From: a virus
Strand: one strand, 5' to 3'
Length of the DNA: 40,271 bases
Virus record (IMG/VR): IMGVR_UViG_3300010266_000003
Span: 1-40,271 of that record
A program made the position numbers and the translations under genes. Below, piece after piece: positions 1-8,272 of the stretch. The notes beneath the pieces were generated by a model. That model saw only the letters and a program-made list of their open reading frames with translations. It made no database searches and had not been told where the DNA came from. Numbering within the stretch: position 1 is the stretch's first letter; every line of letters begins with the position of its first letter.

Positions 1-119
1 CGGCCAGCCAAATGAGCTTGTCCACGATACCGTCCCAGCGCTTGGCGGGCTTCTCGGTGAGGGCCTTCACGTCGGTCTTGATCTCCTTCACGTCGGTCTC
101 CACCGTCTCCTGCCGTGTC
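1..119 (+). repeat. Terminal direct repeat copy 1 (circularisation overlap)
   Basis: Read by eye, 1-119 (cggccagccaaatgagcttg...ctcctgccgtgtc) is identical to 40153-40271. It lies inside the XhlA-like coding sequence. Confidence 0.9.
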
Positions 120-250
120 GCCAGCACCGCCACGGAGGACACCAGTTTGTCCAGGTTGTCCTGTCGCTCCACCACCTTGTCCAGCCGGTGGGTGTTCGAT
201 TTGCTCCGCTGATCAATTTCGGCCACCTTGACCGCGATGTCCTCCGCCAT
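1..250 (-). CDS. XhlA-like lysis-associated membrane protein, 5' part (continues across the circular junction)
   Basis: ATG at 250-248 translates to MAEDIAVKVAEIDQRSKSNTHRLDKVVERQDNLDKLVSSVAVLATRQETVETDVKEIKTDVKALTEKPAKRWDGIVDKLIWLA. This is a coiled-coil N-terminus. The reading frame continues into 40152-40109, giving 97 aa in total. The gene sits directly after the holin. Confidence 0.7.
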   Translation of the reverse strand, partial: MAEDIAVKVAEIDQRSKSNTHRLDKVVERQDNLDKLVSSVAVLATRQETVETDVKEIKTDVKALTEKPAKRWDGIVDKLIWLA

Positions 251-253
251 GGC

Positions 254-502
254 TTACTCCTCCCTGGCCCTGATTTCGTCCTTCAGGGCGTCCCCTGCAA
301 GGGCGGCCTGTGTAAAGCTGTTGTTCTTCCACCACGCCGCCAGGGAGGCGGCGATGGTCCAGCCGGTGGCGATGAGGGTGTTGACGTCCTCGTCCGCGAT
401 GGGGATGGTCTGGACGCCCAGCATGCTCAGCACCTGGTTGACCAGGGCCAGCAGCAGTACAACGGTCCGGGCAATCGTGCCCGCGCTGATCTTGTTGGTC
501 AT
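254..502 (-). CDS. Holin (XhlB/SPP1-type)
   Basis: Internal ATG at 502, preceded by GAGGAG, encodes 82 aa. Sequence is MTNKISAGTIARTVVLLLALVNQVLSMLG...TGWTIAASLAAWWKNNSFT, with two hydrophobic helices and the WWKNNSFT motif typical of this holin family. The longer ORF-track start at 745 overlaps the endolysin and is rejected. Confidence 0.8.
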   Translation of the reverse strand: MTNKISAGTIARTVVLLLALVNQVLSMLGVQTIPIADEDVNTLIATGWTIAASLAAWWKNNSFTQAALAGDALKDEIRAREE

Positions 503-518
503 GATAAGTACTCCTCTC

Positions 519-1919
519 CTAATTTGCCGCGGCCAGCTTTTGCAGCAGGTCCGCGCCGTATCGGTACGCCTCCAGGTAGTCCATGGTCTCCTCGGCCAGC
601 CCAAAGCGCGCCTGTACCGTCTGCCGGTTCGTCTTTGCACACGGCCCTCCCTCGCACAACGCCAGGAATGCCTCCCAGGCCCCGCTTGTGTGCCGGATGG
701 TGTACGGACAGTCCTTGCCGTTCCAGTGATTGTGCTGGACCACATGACCGATGGGGATACCGTGCTCCTCCATCAGCAGCCGCACCAGCGAGGCCGCGTT
801 TTCTCTGGCCTTGGCAAAGTCGCCGTCCGCGTTGACGCAGATCTCGACCCCAATGCTCCGGGCGTTGCCGGTCCCCTTGGGGCCGTCCCCCGCGTGGTAG
901 GCCGTCTCGCCGTCGGGCAGATGCTGCACAATAGCGTGGTCGTCCACCGTGTAGTGCCAGCTTACCAGAGCGGCCTCTCCGGCGGCGCTGTTCAGGTAGG
1001 AGCCATGGGCCGCCGCGTCGGCGCCCCTGGCCGCGTTGCCCGTCTCATGGATGGTAATATAGCCGCACGGGTTGACACCGCACGGGCGGTTCTTCCGCCC
1101 GGCGTCGATGTACCGCGCCTGGATGCGCAGGCCGTTGTCCGTGACCCGCTGCGCGGCCTCCACAGCCTCCAGATAGTCCAGACTGACCCAGCCCTTCTCC
1201 GTCTGTCCCCAGCCGTCCCGCGTGGCCGTGACCGTTACCACAGTGCCCTGCGCGTAAGCGCCGACCTTGGAATAGCCCGTTCCGGGGCCGCTGCGGATGT
1301 TCACGCCCACCGAGGGTGTCACCTGGTATGCTTCGCTCATTGGCTTGTCCTCCTTTTTGCGCAGCCACACGGCCAGATAATTGTGCACCCGACGGGAGCT
1401 GCTGATTTTTTGCCCTGTGAAATCGCACTGGGAGGACCCGCCGCCGTCCAGCATAATGGCCGTCTCAGCTCCCAGCCTGTGGAGGGCTGTCCTCAACGCC
1501 TCCGGCGTGGTGGGGGTGTCCGCACAATACAGTAGCAGCTTGTCCCCCGTCAGCGCCATGGCGGTACGAGGCCGGACGCCGCCCACATCCGGGTTATAGA
1601 GCATAGCGTCCTGCATACCGATCATGGGGGTAAGCATCTCCACGCCGCTGATGTAGTTTTTGGCGGCAGCGGGCAGCGCGGCCAGCTTAATGTCCGCCTT
1701 ATCCCACGCATAGCCCCAGCATCCCCAGGTCTCTTTGGACAGGACCACACCGTCCACTTTGAGGTGGCCAACTGGCTTGCCAGTAGTCATGCTGTAAAAT
1801 CCGGCATTACAAATATAGTCCGCATCCCCCTTGACCTGCGCCATGCTGCGTCCGCCGCCCGGGATAATGGCGATGCGCTCGATGTCCCCCAGCGGAATGG
1901 AGGCGATGTACTTAGCCAT
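519..1919 (-). CDS. Three-domain endolysin: NAGPA/phosphodiester-glycosidase-like N-terminus + SH3 + N-acetylmuramoyl-L-alanine amidase (amidase_2/PGRP)
   Basis: 466 aa. C-terminal amidase motifs: ITIHETGN, WHYTVDD, AYHAGDG, SIGVEICVN, HNHWNGKDCP. Central SH3-like block: VNIRSGPGTGYSKVGAYAQGTVVTV...GWVSLDYL. N-terminal block: ICNAGFY...RTAMALTGDKLLLY...IMLDGGGSS, resembling DUF2233/NAGPA. Confidence 0.85.
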   Translation of the reverse strand: MAKYIASIPLGDIERIAIIPGGGRSMAQVKGDADYICNAGFYSMTTGKPVGHLKVDGVVLSKETWGCWGYAWDKADIKLAALPAAAKNYISGVEMLTPMIGMQDAMLYNPDVGGVRPRTAMALTGDKLLLYCADTPTTPEALRTALHRLGAETAIMLDGGGSSQCDFTGQKISSSRRVHNYLAVWLRKKEDKPMSEAYQVTPSVGVNIRSGPGTGYSKVGAYAQGTVVTVTATRDGWGQTEKGWVSLDYLEAVEAAQRVTDNGLRIQARYIDAGRKNRPCGVNPCGYITIHETGNAARGADAAAHGSYLNSAAGEAALVSWHYTVDDHAIVQHLPDGETAYHAGDGPKGTGNARSIGVEICVNADGDFAKARENAASLVRLLMEEHGIPIGHVVQHNHWNGKDCPYTIRHTSGAWEAFLALCEGGPCAKTNRQTVQARFGLAEETMDYLEAYRYGADLLQKLAAAN

Positions 1920-2229
1920 CAGCCGCCTCCACAGCCCCGCGCATCAGCTCCACCGCCTCGGCGTACCGCCCAGCCCTGTGTAGCTCCACCAGCGCCTTGT
2001 AGTGGTCAAATAACGCCTGAGTGAGGGCCGCTCCCTCTCGGGTCAGTCTGGGCAGGTCCTCCGCCAGCGCGGCGTAGTCCACATTCCCCGCGCCCCTGTA
2101 GTGGGGCAGCGTGGGGTCCCCGGCGTTCCTGACGTCGGCCAAAAACATATCCTTGGCGTGCTGCGGCTCCACGTGATTGACTTCGGCGATGTCCATGATC
2201 TCATTGATGTACTCGTACAGATGCTTCAT
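1912..2229 (-). CDS. Hypothetical protein
   Basis: 105-aa ORF with RBS GGAAAGGAAG. It overlaps the endolysin start by 8 nt. Confidence 0.65.
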   Translation of the reverse strand: MKHLYEYINEIMDIAEVNHVEPQHAKDMFLADVRNAGDPTLPHYRGAGNVDYAALAEDLPRLTREGAALTQALFDHYKALVELHRAGRYAEAVELMRGAVEAADG

Positions 2230-2260
2230 AGCTGACTTCCTTTCCGGCCAAGTTGGCCTG

Positions 2261-2377
2261 TCACATATGGATAATCTCTTCCGCCTGATCGGCAGTGATC
2301 CACTTCGGGGCCATGGAGCGCACCTGCTCCGCCGTCAGACGGCCCAGACGATACTGAATGCGGATAAACTCAACCAT
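2261..2377 (-). CDS. XkdX-like small phage protein
   Basis: Translated by hand as MVEFIRIQYRLGRLTAEQVRSMAPKWITADQAEEIIHM (38 aa). It is too short for the ORF track. Size, position after the tail fibres and sequence pattern fit the XkdX family. Confidence 0.55.
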   Translation of the reverse strand: MVEFIRIQYRLGRLTAEQVRSMAPKWITADQAEEIIHM

Positions 2378-2540
2378 CGCCTGTCCCTCCCATCATCAGC
2401 TCCAGCATGGCCGCCTCCAGCGCGGAGAGCCGTTCCGTCACTGTGGGCGAGATGGGGGGCTGGGCCTGTCCCATGGCCTCCAGCTCCGCGAGTTCTTCTG
2501 CTGTGGCGTCGCGGTAGATGCCGTTATCATAAACCCTCAC
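2370..2540 (-). CDS. Small hypothetical protein (XkdW position)
   Basis: GTG at 2540 follows GGAGGGGGGGAG. Translation is (M)RVYDNGIYRDATAEELAELEAMGQAQPPISPTVTERLSALEAAMLELMMGGTGDG. Its stop overlaps the next gene's ATG. Confidence 0.5.
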   Translation of the reverse strand: MRVYDNGIYRDATAEELAELEAMGQAQPPISPTVTERLSALEAAMLELMMGGTGDG

Positions 2541-2554
2541 GTGCTCCCCCCCTC

Positions 2555-3907
2555 CTAAATCAGTGCATATACTTTCACAGTAGTCCCAACCGGGAAACTG
2601 TTCGAGCTGTTTTGTTGCTGCAAATACAGCCCCGTTCCAACCGATGTTTCAACTCCGTAGGCTTTCATTGCATCCCTTGTCGTCGGTGTAGCCCCAAGCT
2701 GCAATTTGGTCCAAATCGTATTGTCAGACAGCTTAAATATTTCTAAAGCACTGGCCGCAATCGCATTCGTGTAAGCCTGATACCATGCAAGGTTGCTGCT
2801 TATCTGATGGATGCTGTCCCCAAGCCAGTAATTTGTTGTACCTCCCGACCCTGTCGCAGGGACAGAGATTAAAATCAGCATATAGGCATAATCTGTCGCG
2901 GATATTCCGAGTTCTATTTTTACAACAGCTTCTGTTAGGCTGATATTCTTGATGACCTGCATAGCGCCGCCCCCACCCGGCGCGCTCACCTTGCCCCACG
3001 CTCCGTCCACCACGCCCGCATACATGCCGTTGTCCTCTGCGGTCACCGTGGGGAGGCCGACGCCATCCGCACCTGCGGGACCCTGCGGGCCGGTGTCTCC
3101 GGTGTCACCTTTGGGCCCTTGCGGGCCTTGGATGCCCGGTTCCCCCTGGTCTCCTTTTGGGCCTTGCAATCCCTGGGCGCCGGTATCGCCCTTCGGCCCC
3201 TGCGGGCCTTGCTCCCCGGTGTCTCCCTTGGGCCCCGCTGGTCCCTGTTCTCCTGGATCTCCCTTCTCTCCCTGGGGACCAGCGGGACCGATAGGTCCCT
3301 GTTCTCCTCTGGGACCCGTCGCCGATACGCCGGTATCCACGCCGCCGACGACCCAATTCCCGTCGGGCCCAATGTTGGGGGCCGCCCCGCCGGAGTAGAC
3401 GCCGGTATCCTGATACGCACCGCTCTCCAGGTCCCACACCATCCACGTCTGATCTCCGGACAGCTTGGGCGGGTGGACCACCGCCGCTTCCGCCCGGTCT
3501 GCGGCGGCCACTGCGTCGGCCTTGGCCTGCGTGACCCTGGCCTCCATCTGGGCAAGCTCCGAGGGCTCAACGCTCGGAAATGCCTCCGCAGCGTTGATGC
3601 TCCCGCTCACCAGCAGCTCAAACTGGTTGCTGTGGGCCACCGTATCCCCTTTGAGGCCCCGGAGCTGACAGCGGTACAGCCCGTCGGAGGCCAGGATATC
3701 CCGCGTGAGGTCCACCCACAGCACGTCCCCGGTCCGCTCCAGGTCCACCACGTTCTTTGCCTTCCCCAGAGCCATATCCAGCTTCACCGCCCACCCCGCG
3801 TCCAGGTCCGCGGCGATCTCCAGCCGCCGGTGCAGGTGGTCCGACTCATATCCGAGCTCCCGGTCCCTTACTTCCATCCGCACACGCCAGTTATCAAGCC
3901 TGATCAT
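2555..3907 (-). CDS. Tail fibre with collagen-like (Gly-X-Y) triple-helix region and low-GC C-terminal tip
   Basis: 450 aa. It contains about 30 consecutive GXY triplets ([46 protein letters not shown]...). The C-terminal 130 aa are encoded by visibly AT-richer DNA. Confidence 0.8.
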   Translation of the reverse strand: MIRLDNWRVRMEVRDRELGYESDHLHRRLEIAADLDAGWAVKLDMALGKAKNVVDLERTGDVLWVDLTRDILASDGLYRCQLRGLKGDTVAHSNQFELLVSGSINAAEAFPSVEPSELAQMEARVTQAKADAVAAADRAEAAVVHPPKLSGDQTWMVWDLESGAYQDTGVYSGGAAPNIGPDGNWVVGGVDTGVSATGPRGEQGPIGPAGPQGEKGDPGEQGPAGPKGDTGEQGPQGPKGDTGAQGLQGPKGDQGEPGIQGPQGPKGDTGDTGPQGPAGADGVGLPTVTAEDNGMYAGVVDGAWGKVSAPGGGGAMQVIKNISLTEAVVKIELGISATDYAYMLILISVPATGSGGTTNYWLGDSIHQISSNLAWYQAYTNAIAASALEIFKLSDNTIWTKLQLGATPTTRDAMKAYGVETSVGTGLYLQQQNSSNSFPVGTTVKVYALI

Positions 3908-4014
3908 ACCTGCGCCTCCTCCAGCAGCGCCTGGACCTCGTCCCGCCAGCGCAGGGGCACGTCGTCGATGGTTTTCAGCCCCTTGCGGATCAGGTCAACG
4001 TACAGCTTAGACAC
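3904..4014 (-). CDS. Small conserved phage protein
   Basis: GTG at 4014 follows GGGAGGTGAG. Translation is (M)[35 protein letters not shown] (36 aa). Its stop overlaps the fibre ATG. Confidence 0.5.
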   Translation of the reverse strand: MSKLYVDLIRKGLKTIDDVPLRWRDEVQALLEEAQV

Positions 4015-4390
4015 TTGTCTCACCTCCCAGCAACGTCTCAGCCAGCTCCGCGATGGCGAGCTGCGCCGCAGTGTTGTTGTCTTCTGCCACCTGGGCCAGC
4101 TCCGCCACGGCGAGCTGCGTCTGAGTGAGCGCGTCCGGCTCCGGCTCTGGCGCAGGGGTGGGCGTTGGGACGGGGAGCTGTGTCAGGAGGATCGATCCGC
4201 CCGTCTGTTCCACCCGCAGCCAGTCGACCACGGTATAGGAGGCCAGCAGAAACGGCCCGTCCTCAAGTTCGGCCCACACCTCCAGGGCCTCTCCCAGCTC
4301 CACCGGCTCCGCCGTCTCTAGACATACCGTCTGTGCGCCAGGGACAAAGGACAGCAGCTCCGCCTCCTGGCCGTTGGTTTTTAAGATCAT
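4007..4390 (-). CDS. Hypothetical tail-fibre-associated protein
   Basis: 127-aa ORF with RBS GAGGAGGGTGGAG. It lies between two fibre modules. Confidence 0.65.
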   Translation of the reverse strand: MILKTNGQEAELLSFVPGAQTVCLETAEPVELGEALEVWAELEDGPFLLASYTVVDWLRVEQTGGSILLTQLPVPTPTPAPEPEPDALTQTQLAVAELAQVAEDNNTAAQLAIAELAETLLGGETSV

Positions 4391-4402
4391 GCTCCACCCT
4401 CC

Positions 4403-4843
4403 TCAGTTAAAAACATAAAATTTAGCCGCCGTCCCATCGATGCCATAGGGAACGCGAGAACCGTTGCTATAGGTGTGCCTCACCAAAAGCGTATCAAAGG
4501 TGACGGAAAAGAAACTTCCCGTGTATCCAGTGCTTGCCGCATTGGATTTGGTTATATTCAGCCCTGATGCATAAAATTGTGCTGATGTAGCTGAATCTGT
4601 TACTCCCGCCGCAGCTCCAAAAACTGTGATGTAATAGTCAGTTGACTCGCATGCCATCATCAATATTGGGCTCCCGATAAGCAGGGATTTCAATTCCGCC
4701 GCAGTAATTCCGCTGAACGTAAAGTCTCTAAAAGATGTGGAGGTGGAGGTGCAGGTCGCGTCGATTACCTTTCGAAGTTTCTTCCCGCTGCACAGCTTGG
4801 TCGACAAATTGTCACCCATCACCGGCAAAATACAATCGCTCAT
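4403..4843 (-). CDS. Hypothetical protein, likely fibre tip / receptor-binding accessory (low GC)
   Basis: 146-aa ORF with RBS AAGGAGGGGA. It is Ser/Thr/Gly-rich and looks beta-rich. Sampled lines are about 42-52% GC, against above 60% in the neighbouring genes. Confidence 0.6.
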   Translation of the reverse strand: MSDCILPVMGDNLSTKLCSGKKLRKVIDATCTSTSTSFRDFTFSGITAAELKSLLIGSPILMMACESTDYYITVFGAAAGVTDSATSAQFYASGLNITKSNAASTGYTGSFFSVTFDTLLVRHTYSNGSRVPYGIDGTAAKFYVFN

Positions 4844-4855
4844 CTCATCCCCTCC

Positions 4856-6010
4856 TTACACCGTGCCCACGAGCTGGATCGGTATATTGACGGACGGGAT
4901 CGCGCCGTCGGTCTTGGTGTAGACCCTGATTTTGCCGGCCATGGTCTCGATCCGGCGGATGTTGTTGCCGAACTCCTCCACCATAAGCTCCGAGGCAGCA
5001 ACGTCGGAGGTCTGCACCACGCCTACGCAGGGGGTCATGGCCGCCGTAATACCAGATACTGTGATGTCCTTGTAGTACCCGCCCCCAGATACCGCCGTCC
5101 ATGTTCCAGTGGGGATCGTTGCCGTATACCGGTACGTCACCGCCGCCCCGATGTCCGCCGGGGTGGGCTTATTGTGCTCGCCGTAGAGGCGGTACTGTGT
5201 AGTGCCTTCGGTCCGTTTTGTCAAGAGCTTGAGCGCATCCACAAGGTTGACCGTTTCGCCCCCGAGTTTTAGGCCGTTGCCTTCGCTTCCATCCAACAAC
5301 TGGTTGTATAGTCCAATGGCCCCGCCGTTTTGGTCCTGCTGTATCGCAGTGCGCCGGCCGCTCGTGGCGTCCTTTATCCAAAACGCGCCGGCTGTTTTGT
5401 TGATGGTTAAATCAGCGCTCAGCGTTCCGCCCGTTAGGGGCAGGTAGCCCTCCAAATCGCTGTCGGTGGCAATCTGCCCCCATACGGACCACACATCACC
5501 GCTGTACATCCGATAATAGGCTTTGGTGGGCTTAGTCGTCGAGGTTAGCCGGACAGTCAGCGTTTGTACCACTCCGCCGGACCCGTTTGCCTCGATCCTG
5601 AGCAAGCCCCAGTCCGCTGTTTCCCCTGCCGGCCAGTTGGCACAGGAGTTATGGACGAGGAGGCACCCAGGCGTTTTGCAGGTATCCAGGTCTGCGGTGG
5701 TTGAGGACCCCAACATGCCAAATGCCCCCACATCACCCGCCGTCAGGGTGATGTCCGCGCTGAGGGCCTTGCCGTTCACCTTCCGGGTCGTGGGGACCGC
5801 CCCCACCTGGGCCGCCGTGTGGGTGTGATCCCCGTCCGCCTTGGCGTTCCAGGCCGTCCGCTCCGCCGCGCTGACGTGCTTCACCCCGTCCGCTTCGTGC
5901 GCCGCCAGCGCCGCGTCGATGACATCGGCGTTCCGGTTAAATACTGTGATGTCGTAAGATTCGTTTGCTGCGGGCTTGGTCAGCCCGTAGTTGGTGGTCT
6001 CAGCCGCCAT
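4856..6010 (-). CDS. Tail fibre protein
   Basis: 384 aa. The N-terminus MAAETTNYGLTKPAANESYDITVFNRNADVIDAAL is the conserved phage tail-fibre N-terminal motif. It follows the baseplate genes. Confidence 0.8.
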   Translation of the reverse strand: MAAETTNYGLTKPAANESYDITVFNRNADVIDAALAAHEADGVKHVSAAERTAWNAKADGDHTHTAAQVGAVPTTRKVNGKALSADITLTAGDVGAFGMLGSSTTADLDTCKTPGCLLVHNSCANWPAGETADWGLLRIEANGSGGVVQTLTVRLTSTTKPTKAYYRMYSGDVWSVWGQIATDSDLEGYLPLTGGTLSADLTINKTAGAFWIKDATSGRRTAIQQDQNGGAIGLYNQLLDGSEGNGLKLGGETVNLVDALKLLTKRTEGTTQYRLYGEHNKPTPADIGAAVTYRYTATIPTGTWTAVSGGGYYKDITVSGITAAMTPCVGVVQTSDVAASELMVEEFGNNIRRIETMAGKIRVYTKTDGAIPSVNIPIQLVGTV

Positions 6011-6545
6011 CGGAAAACACCTCGCTTCTCAGTTCCTCATGTGTATGTGCCGCCAGAGCGGCGTGGGTATAGGCCCCCAGCATGGCATGGGTGTTGAAGA
6101 GCAGGGACACCGACAGCACCATATCCGCCGGTGCGCTTCGCTCTACCAGTGCCTTCACGTCCTCGAAGGCCGATTTAGAACCCAGGTCCAGCTTGACCTC
6201 CAGTTTATGGAGGCCATAGTCGATATCCATGGTAAACCTTCCATATCCCGCCAGGGACCGCAGTTGGTTGTAGAGGACCCGCTTGGTAATGGGCGGCTGC
6301 TCGATGATCTTGGTGATGATGCGCACCCGGCGGGAATTTAGGTCGTCGGCGTCTTTGCCTGTGAGTCCCAGAATATCCTCCCATCGCTCCACGCCCCACT
6401 CAGACAGGGTATAGGCCGAGAACTCTCTCGCCATGCCCTCCACAGCGGCCCGGGCCACATCCGCCTCCGGAGAGAGCGCGTCGGAGAGCGCCCTGAACTC
6501 AGCGAGGGTTTGCAAGAACTCCGGCCACTTGTCAAGCAGTGACAT
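6000..6545 (-). CDS. Baseplate/tail protein, XkdU-like (DUF2313)
   Basis: 181 aa with RBS GGGGGAGGTG. It lies after baseplate J. Sequence MSLLDKWPEFLQTLAEFRAL...EWGVERWEDILGL resembles the DUF2313 family. Confidence 0.65.
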   Translation of the reverse strand: MSLLDKWPEFLQTLAEFRALSDALSPEADVARAAVEGMAREFSAYTLSEWGVERWEDILGLTGKDADDLNSRRVRIITKIIEQPPITKRVLYNQLRSLAGYGRFTMDIDYGLHKLEVKLDLGSKSAFEDVKALVERSAPADMVLSVSLLFNTHAMLGAYTHAALAAHTHEELRSEVFSDGG

Positions 6546-7617
6546 TGGACACCTCCCCCAGAATAGGGATTTGGTCGGCCTGAAGGGTCAGGTTGGCGGC
6601 TGTACCGTTGAGCTTGGTCTCCGCCGCGTCCAGCACGCCGTTTACACTCAGGATGCGGGCCTCCACGTGCCCCACCCGCACTACAGAGGCAGCGTCGTCC
6701 GCCCACGCTGCAATTACCTCGTCCAGATACCCCTGGATCGCCGCTTCCACGGCGCTAGCCAGCCCCGCCCAGGTGTACCCATCTTGGAAGGTAAGCTTAG
6801 CGGACACCGCAACGGTGCACCCAGTCACTCCCGCTACGGTCACGCAGTGATCAATAGGCGCCAGTCCCTTCCCCTCTCCCTGATATCCCTCGGGATCTAT
6901 CGCGGCCTGTACAGAGGCCACCAGTTCCTGGGACGGCACTCCTCCGGCGGAAGTGGTGACGACCAGCTTCACCGTGCCGCCTCCGTTCCAGGCCCGATAG
7001 ACCTTCACCCCGCCCACGCCGGGCAGAGCGGAGACCTTGGCCTTGTAGTCGGCCACATTCCCCGCAAAGGCCATCCCCGCAAAGGACGCTATGTACCGGG
7101 CCCGCAGCGTGTCATCATCCTCCTCATCCTCGCCGTGGATGAGCACGTCGGCCAGTGTGGCGCTCCCCAGACCGTCGATGTGGTCAATGGGGAACAGCAC
7201 TCCGGTATAGGCGTTGCCTATCTCACCCGCCGTTTCGCAGGTGAGCCGGTAGGCTCCGTCGGCAAGTCTCTCCCCGGCGGCGTAGTTCACCGAGCCGCCG
7301 GAAAAGCGGCTCCCGGCCGGTATCTCCATGGCGGCGCCCTCCGCGTCGGTGAAAATACCTTTGCGCACCGCCTGGGTGGCGGCAAGGCGGAATATCCCCC
7401 GCTCCTTGGCCTTGTTGGTGAGATCCGCTCCCGCAGCCGTATCCGGGAATGCCCGGTCCATCTCCGCCGACTGGAGGGAATAGAACTCTGCCAGCTCCGC
7501 GGCCAGCGGCGCAACGGCGTCATAGATCACCGAACCCTCCCGTTTATCCAGCCCTGCGCCCACTCGCGCCAGGCACCGGGTCATGATGGTTTCAAACGTC
7601 TGCTCACTGTAGTCCAT
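6532..7617 (-). CDS. Baseplate J-like protein (XkdT-like)
   Basis: The start was trimmed to ATG 7617 (MDYSEQTFETIMTRCLARV...), immediately after the upstream stop at 7619. The product is 361 aa, and its size and position fit baseplate J. Confidence 0.75.
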   Translation of the reverse strand: MDYSEQTFETIMTRCLARVGAGLDKREGSVIYDAVAPLAAELAEFYSLQSAEMDRAFPDTAAGADLTNKAKERGIFRLAATQAVRKGIFTDAEGAAMEIPAGSRFSGGSVNYAAGERLADGAYRLTCETAGEIGNAYTGVLFPIDHIDGLGSATLADVLIHGEDEEDDDTLRARYIASFAGMAFAGNVADYKAKVSALPGVGGVKVYRAWNGGGTVKLVVTTSAGGVPSQELVASVQAAIDPEGYQGEGKGLAPIDHCVTVAGVTGCTVAVSAKLTFQDGYTWAGLASAVEAAIQGYLDEVIAAWADDAASVVRVGHVEARILSVNGVLDAAETKLNGTAANLTLQADQIPILGEVSNVTA

Positions 7618-7618
7618 A

Positions 7619-8035
7619 TCAAACCTCCACCTCTCTCTCCACCGCAATGTCGCCCAGCGCGGTCTCCACCGTGAAGGACACGGCCAAGGCACGTCGGGAA
7701 CTCCGGGTGAATGTGAAGTCCCGTACCGCCGTCACCCGGTCATCGGCCAGCAAGGCCTCGGAGATGACCCGCTTCGCCTCGCTCTCCAGCCCTGTACCGC
7801 TCCGGCCCGGCAGCCTGGACAGCTCCGTGCCATAGTTCCAGGAGTAGATGGGCCAGGTGAATCGCTCCGTACTCAGGATCATGTAGACGGCTTGGCGCAT
7901 GGCTTCCAACCCGTCCACCCTGCCGGTCACCCTCCCGGCGTCAAAGTCGATGCGGTAAGTCTTGGAGGGCTCCTCCCTGCTTGCGCGGGTCTCCACCTCC
8001 GGTAAGAGCCCCGCCCCTGCCGGTGTCAGCGCCAT
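7619..8035 (-). CDS. XkdS-like baseplate protein (DUF2634)
   Basis: 138 aa containing YRIDFDAGRVTGRVDGLEAMRQAVYMILSTERFTWPIYSWNYG. Confidence 0.65.
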   Translation of the reverse strand: MALTPAGAGLLPEVETRASREEPSKTYRIDFDAGRVTGRVDGLEAMRQAVYMILSTERFTWPIYSWNYGTELSRLPGRSGTGLESEAKRVISEALLADDRVTAVRDFTFTRSSRRALAVSFTVETALGDIAVEREVEV

Positions 8036-8038
8036 GCC

Positions 8039-8272
8039 TCAGCACCTCCCCAGCACGAGGAAGCGCTGTCCCCCCAAGTCCCGCAGGAGGATCAGGCCGT
8101 CTCCCGGCTCGAAGGCGGCTCCCCGGAAGGTGAGCAGTTGGGCCGCTCCCAGTTCAAAGCGGTCGTCCACCTTCACCCGCAGAGGCGAGGCGGAGACCAC
8201 CGTGCCAAAAAATAGCGCCGCCGGGTCCGGTCCCGCACCGCCGGCCGCCTTTTTGATCTGCTCGATCAGCAT
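8039..8272 (-). CDS. XkdR-like protein (DUF2577)
   Basis: Internal ATG at 8272 gives MLIEQIKKAAGGAGPDPAALFFGTVVSASPLRVKVDDRFELG... (77 aa). The longer ORF-track version overlaps the upstream gene in another frame. Confidence 0.6.
   Translation of the reverse strand: MLIEQIKKAAGGAGPDPAALFFGTVVSASPLRVKVDDRFELGAAQLLTFRGAAFEPGDGLILLRDLGGQRFLVLGRC

Noticed and set aside
228-1535. 435-aa plus-strand ORF, plus other plus-strand ORFs over the lysis genes
   Set aside because: It is antisense to the clearly recognisable endolysin and holin. Its composition is Arg/Pro/Ala/Gly-rich, as expected for shadow ORFs in above 60% GC DNA. It has no RBS.
3040-3330. Strong 9-bp/3-bp periodic DNA that could be mistaken for a repeat array or CRISPR
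   Set aside because: It is the coding image of Gly-X-Y collagen-like triplets within one ORF. There is no repeat-spacer structure.
2555-6010. Diversity-generating retroelement targeting the fibre genes
   Set aside because: No reverse transcriptase ORF exists anywhere in the window, and I noticed no template/variable repeat pair near the fibre C-termini.
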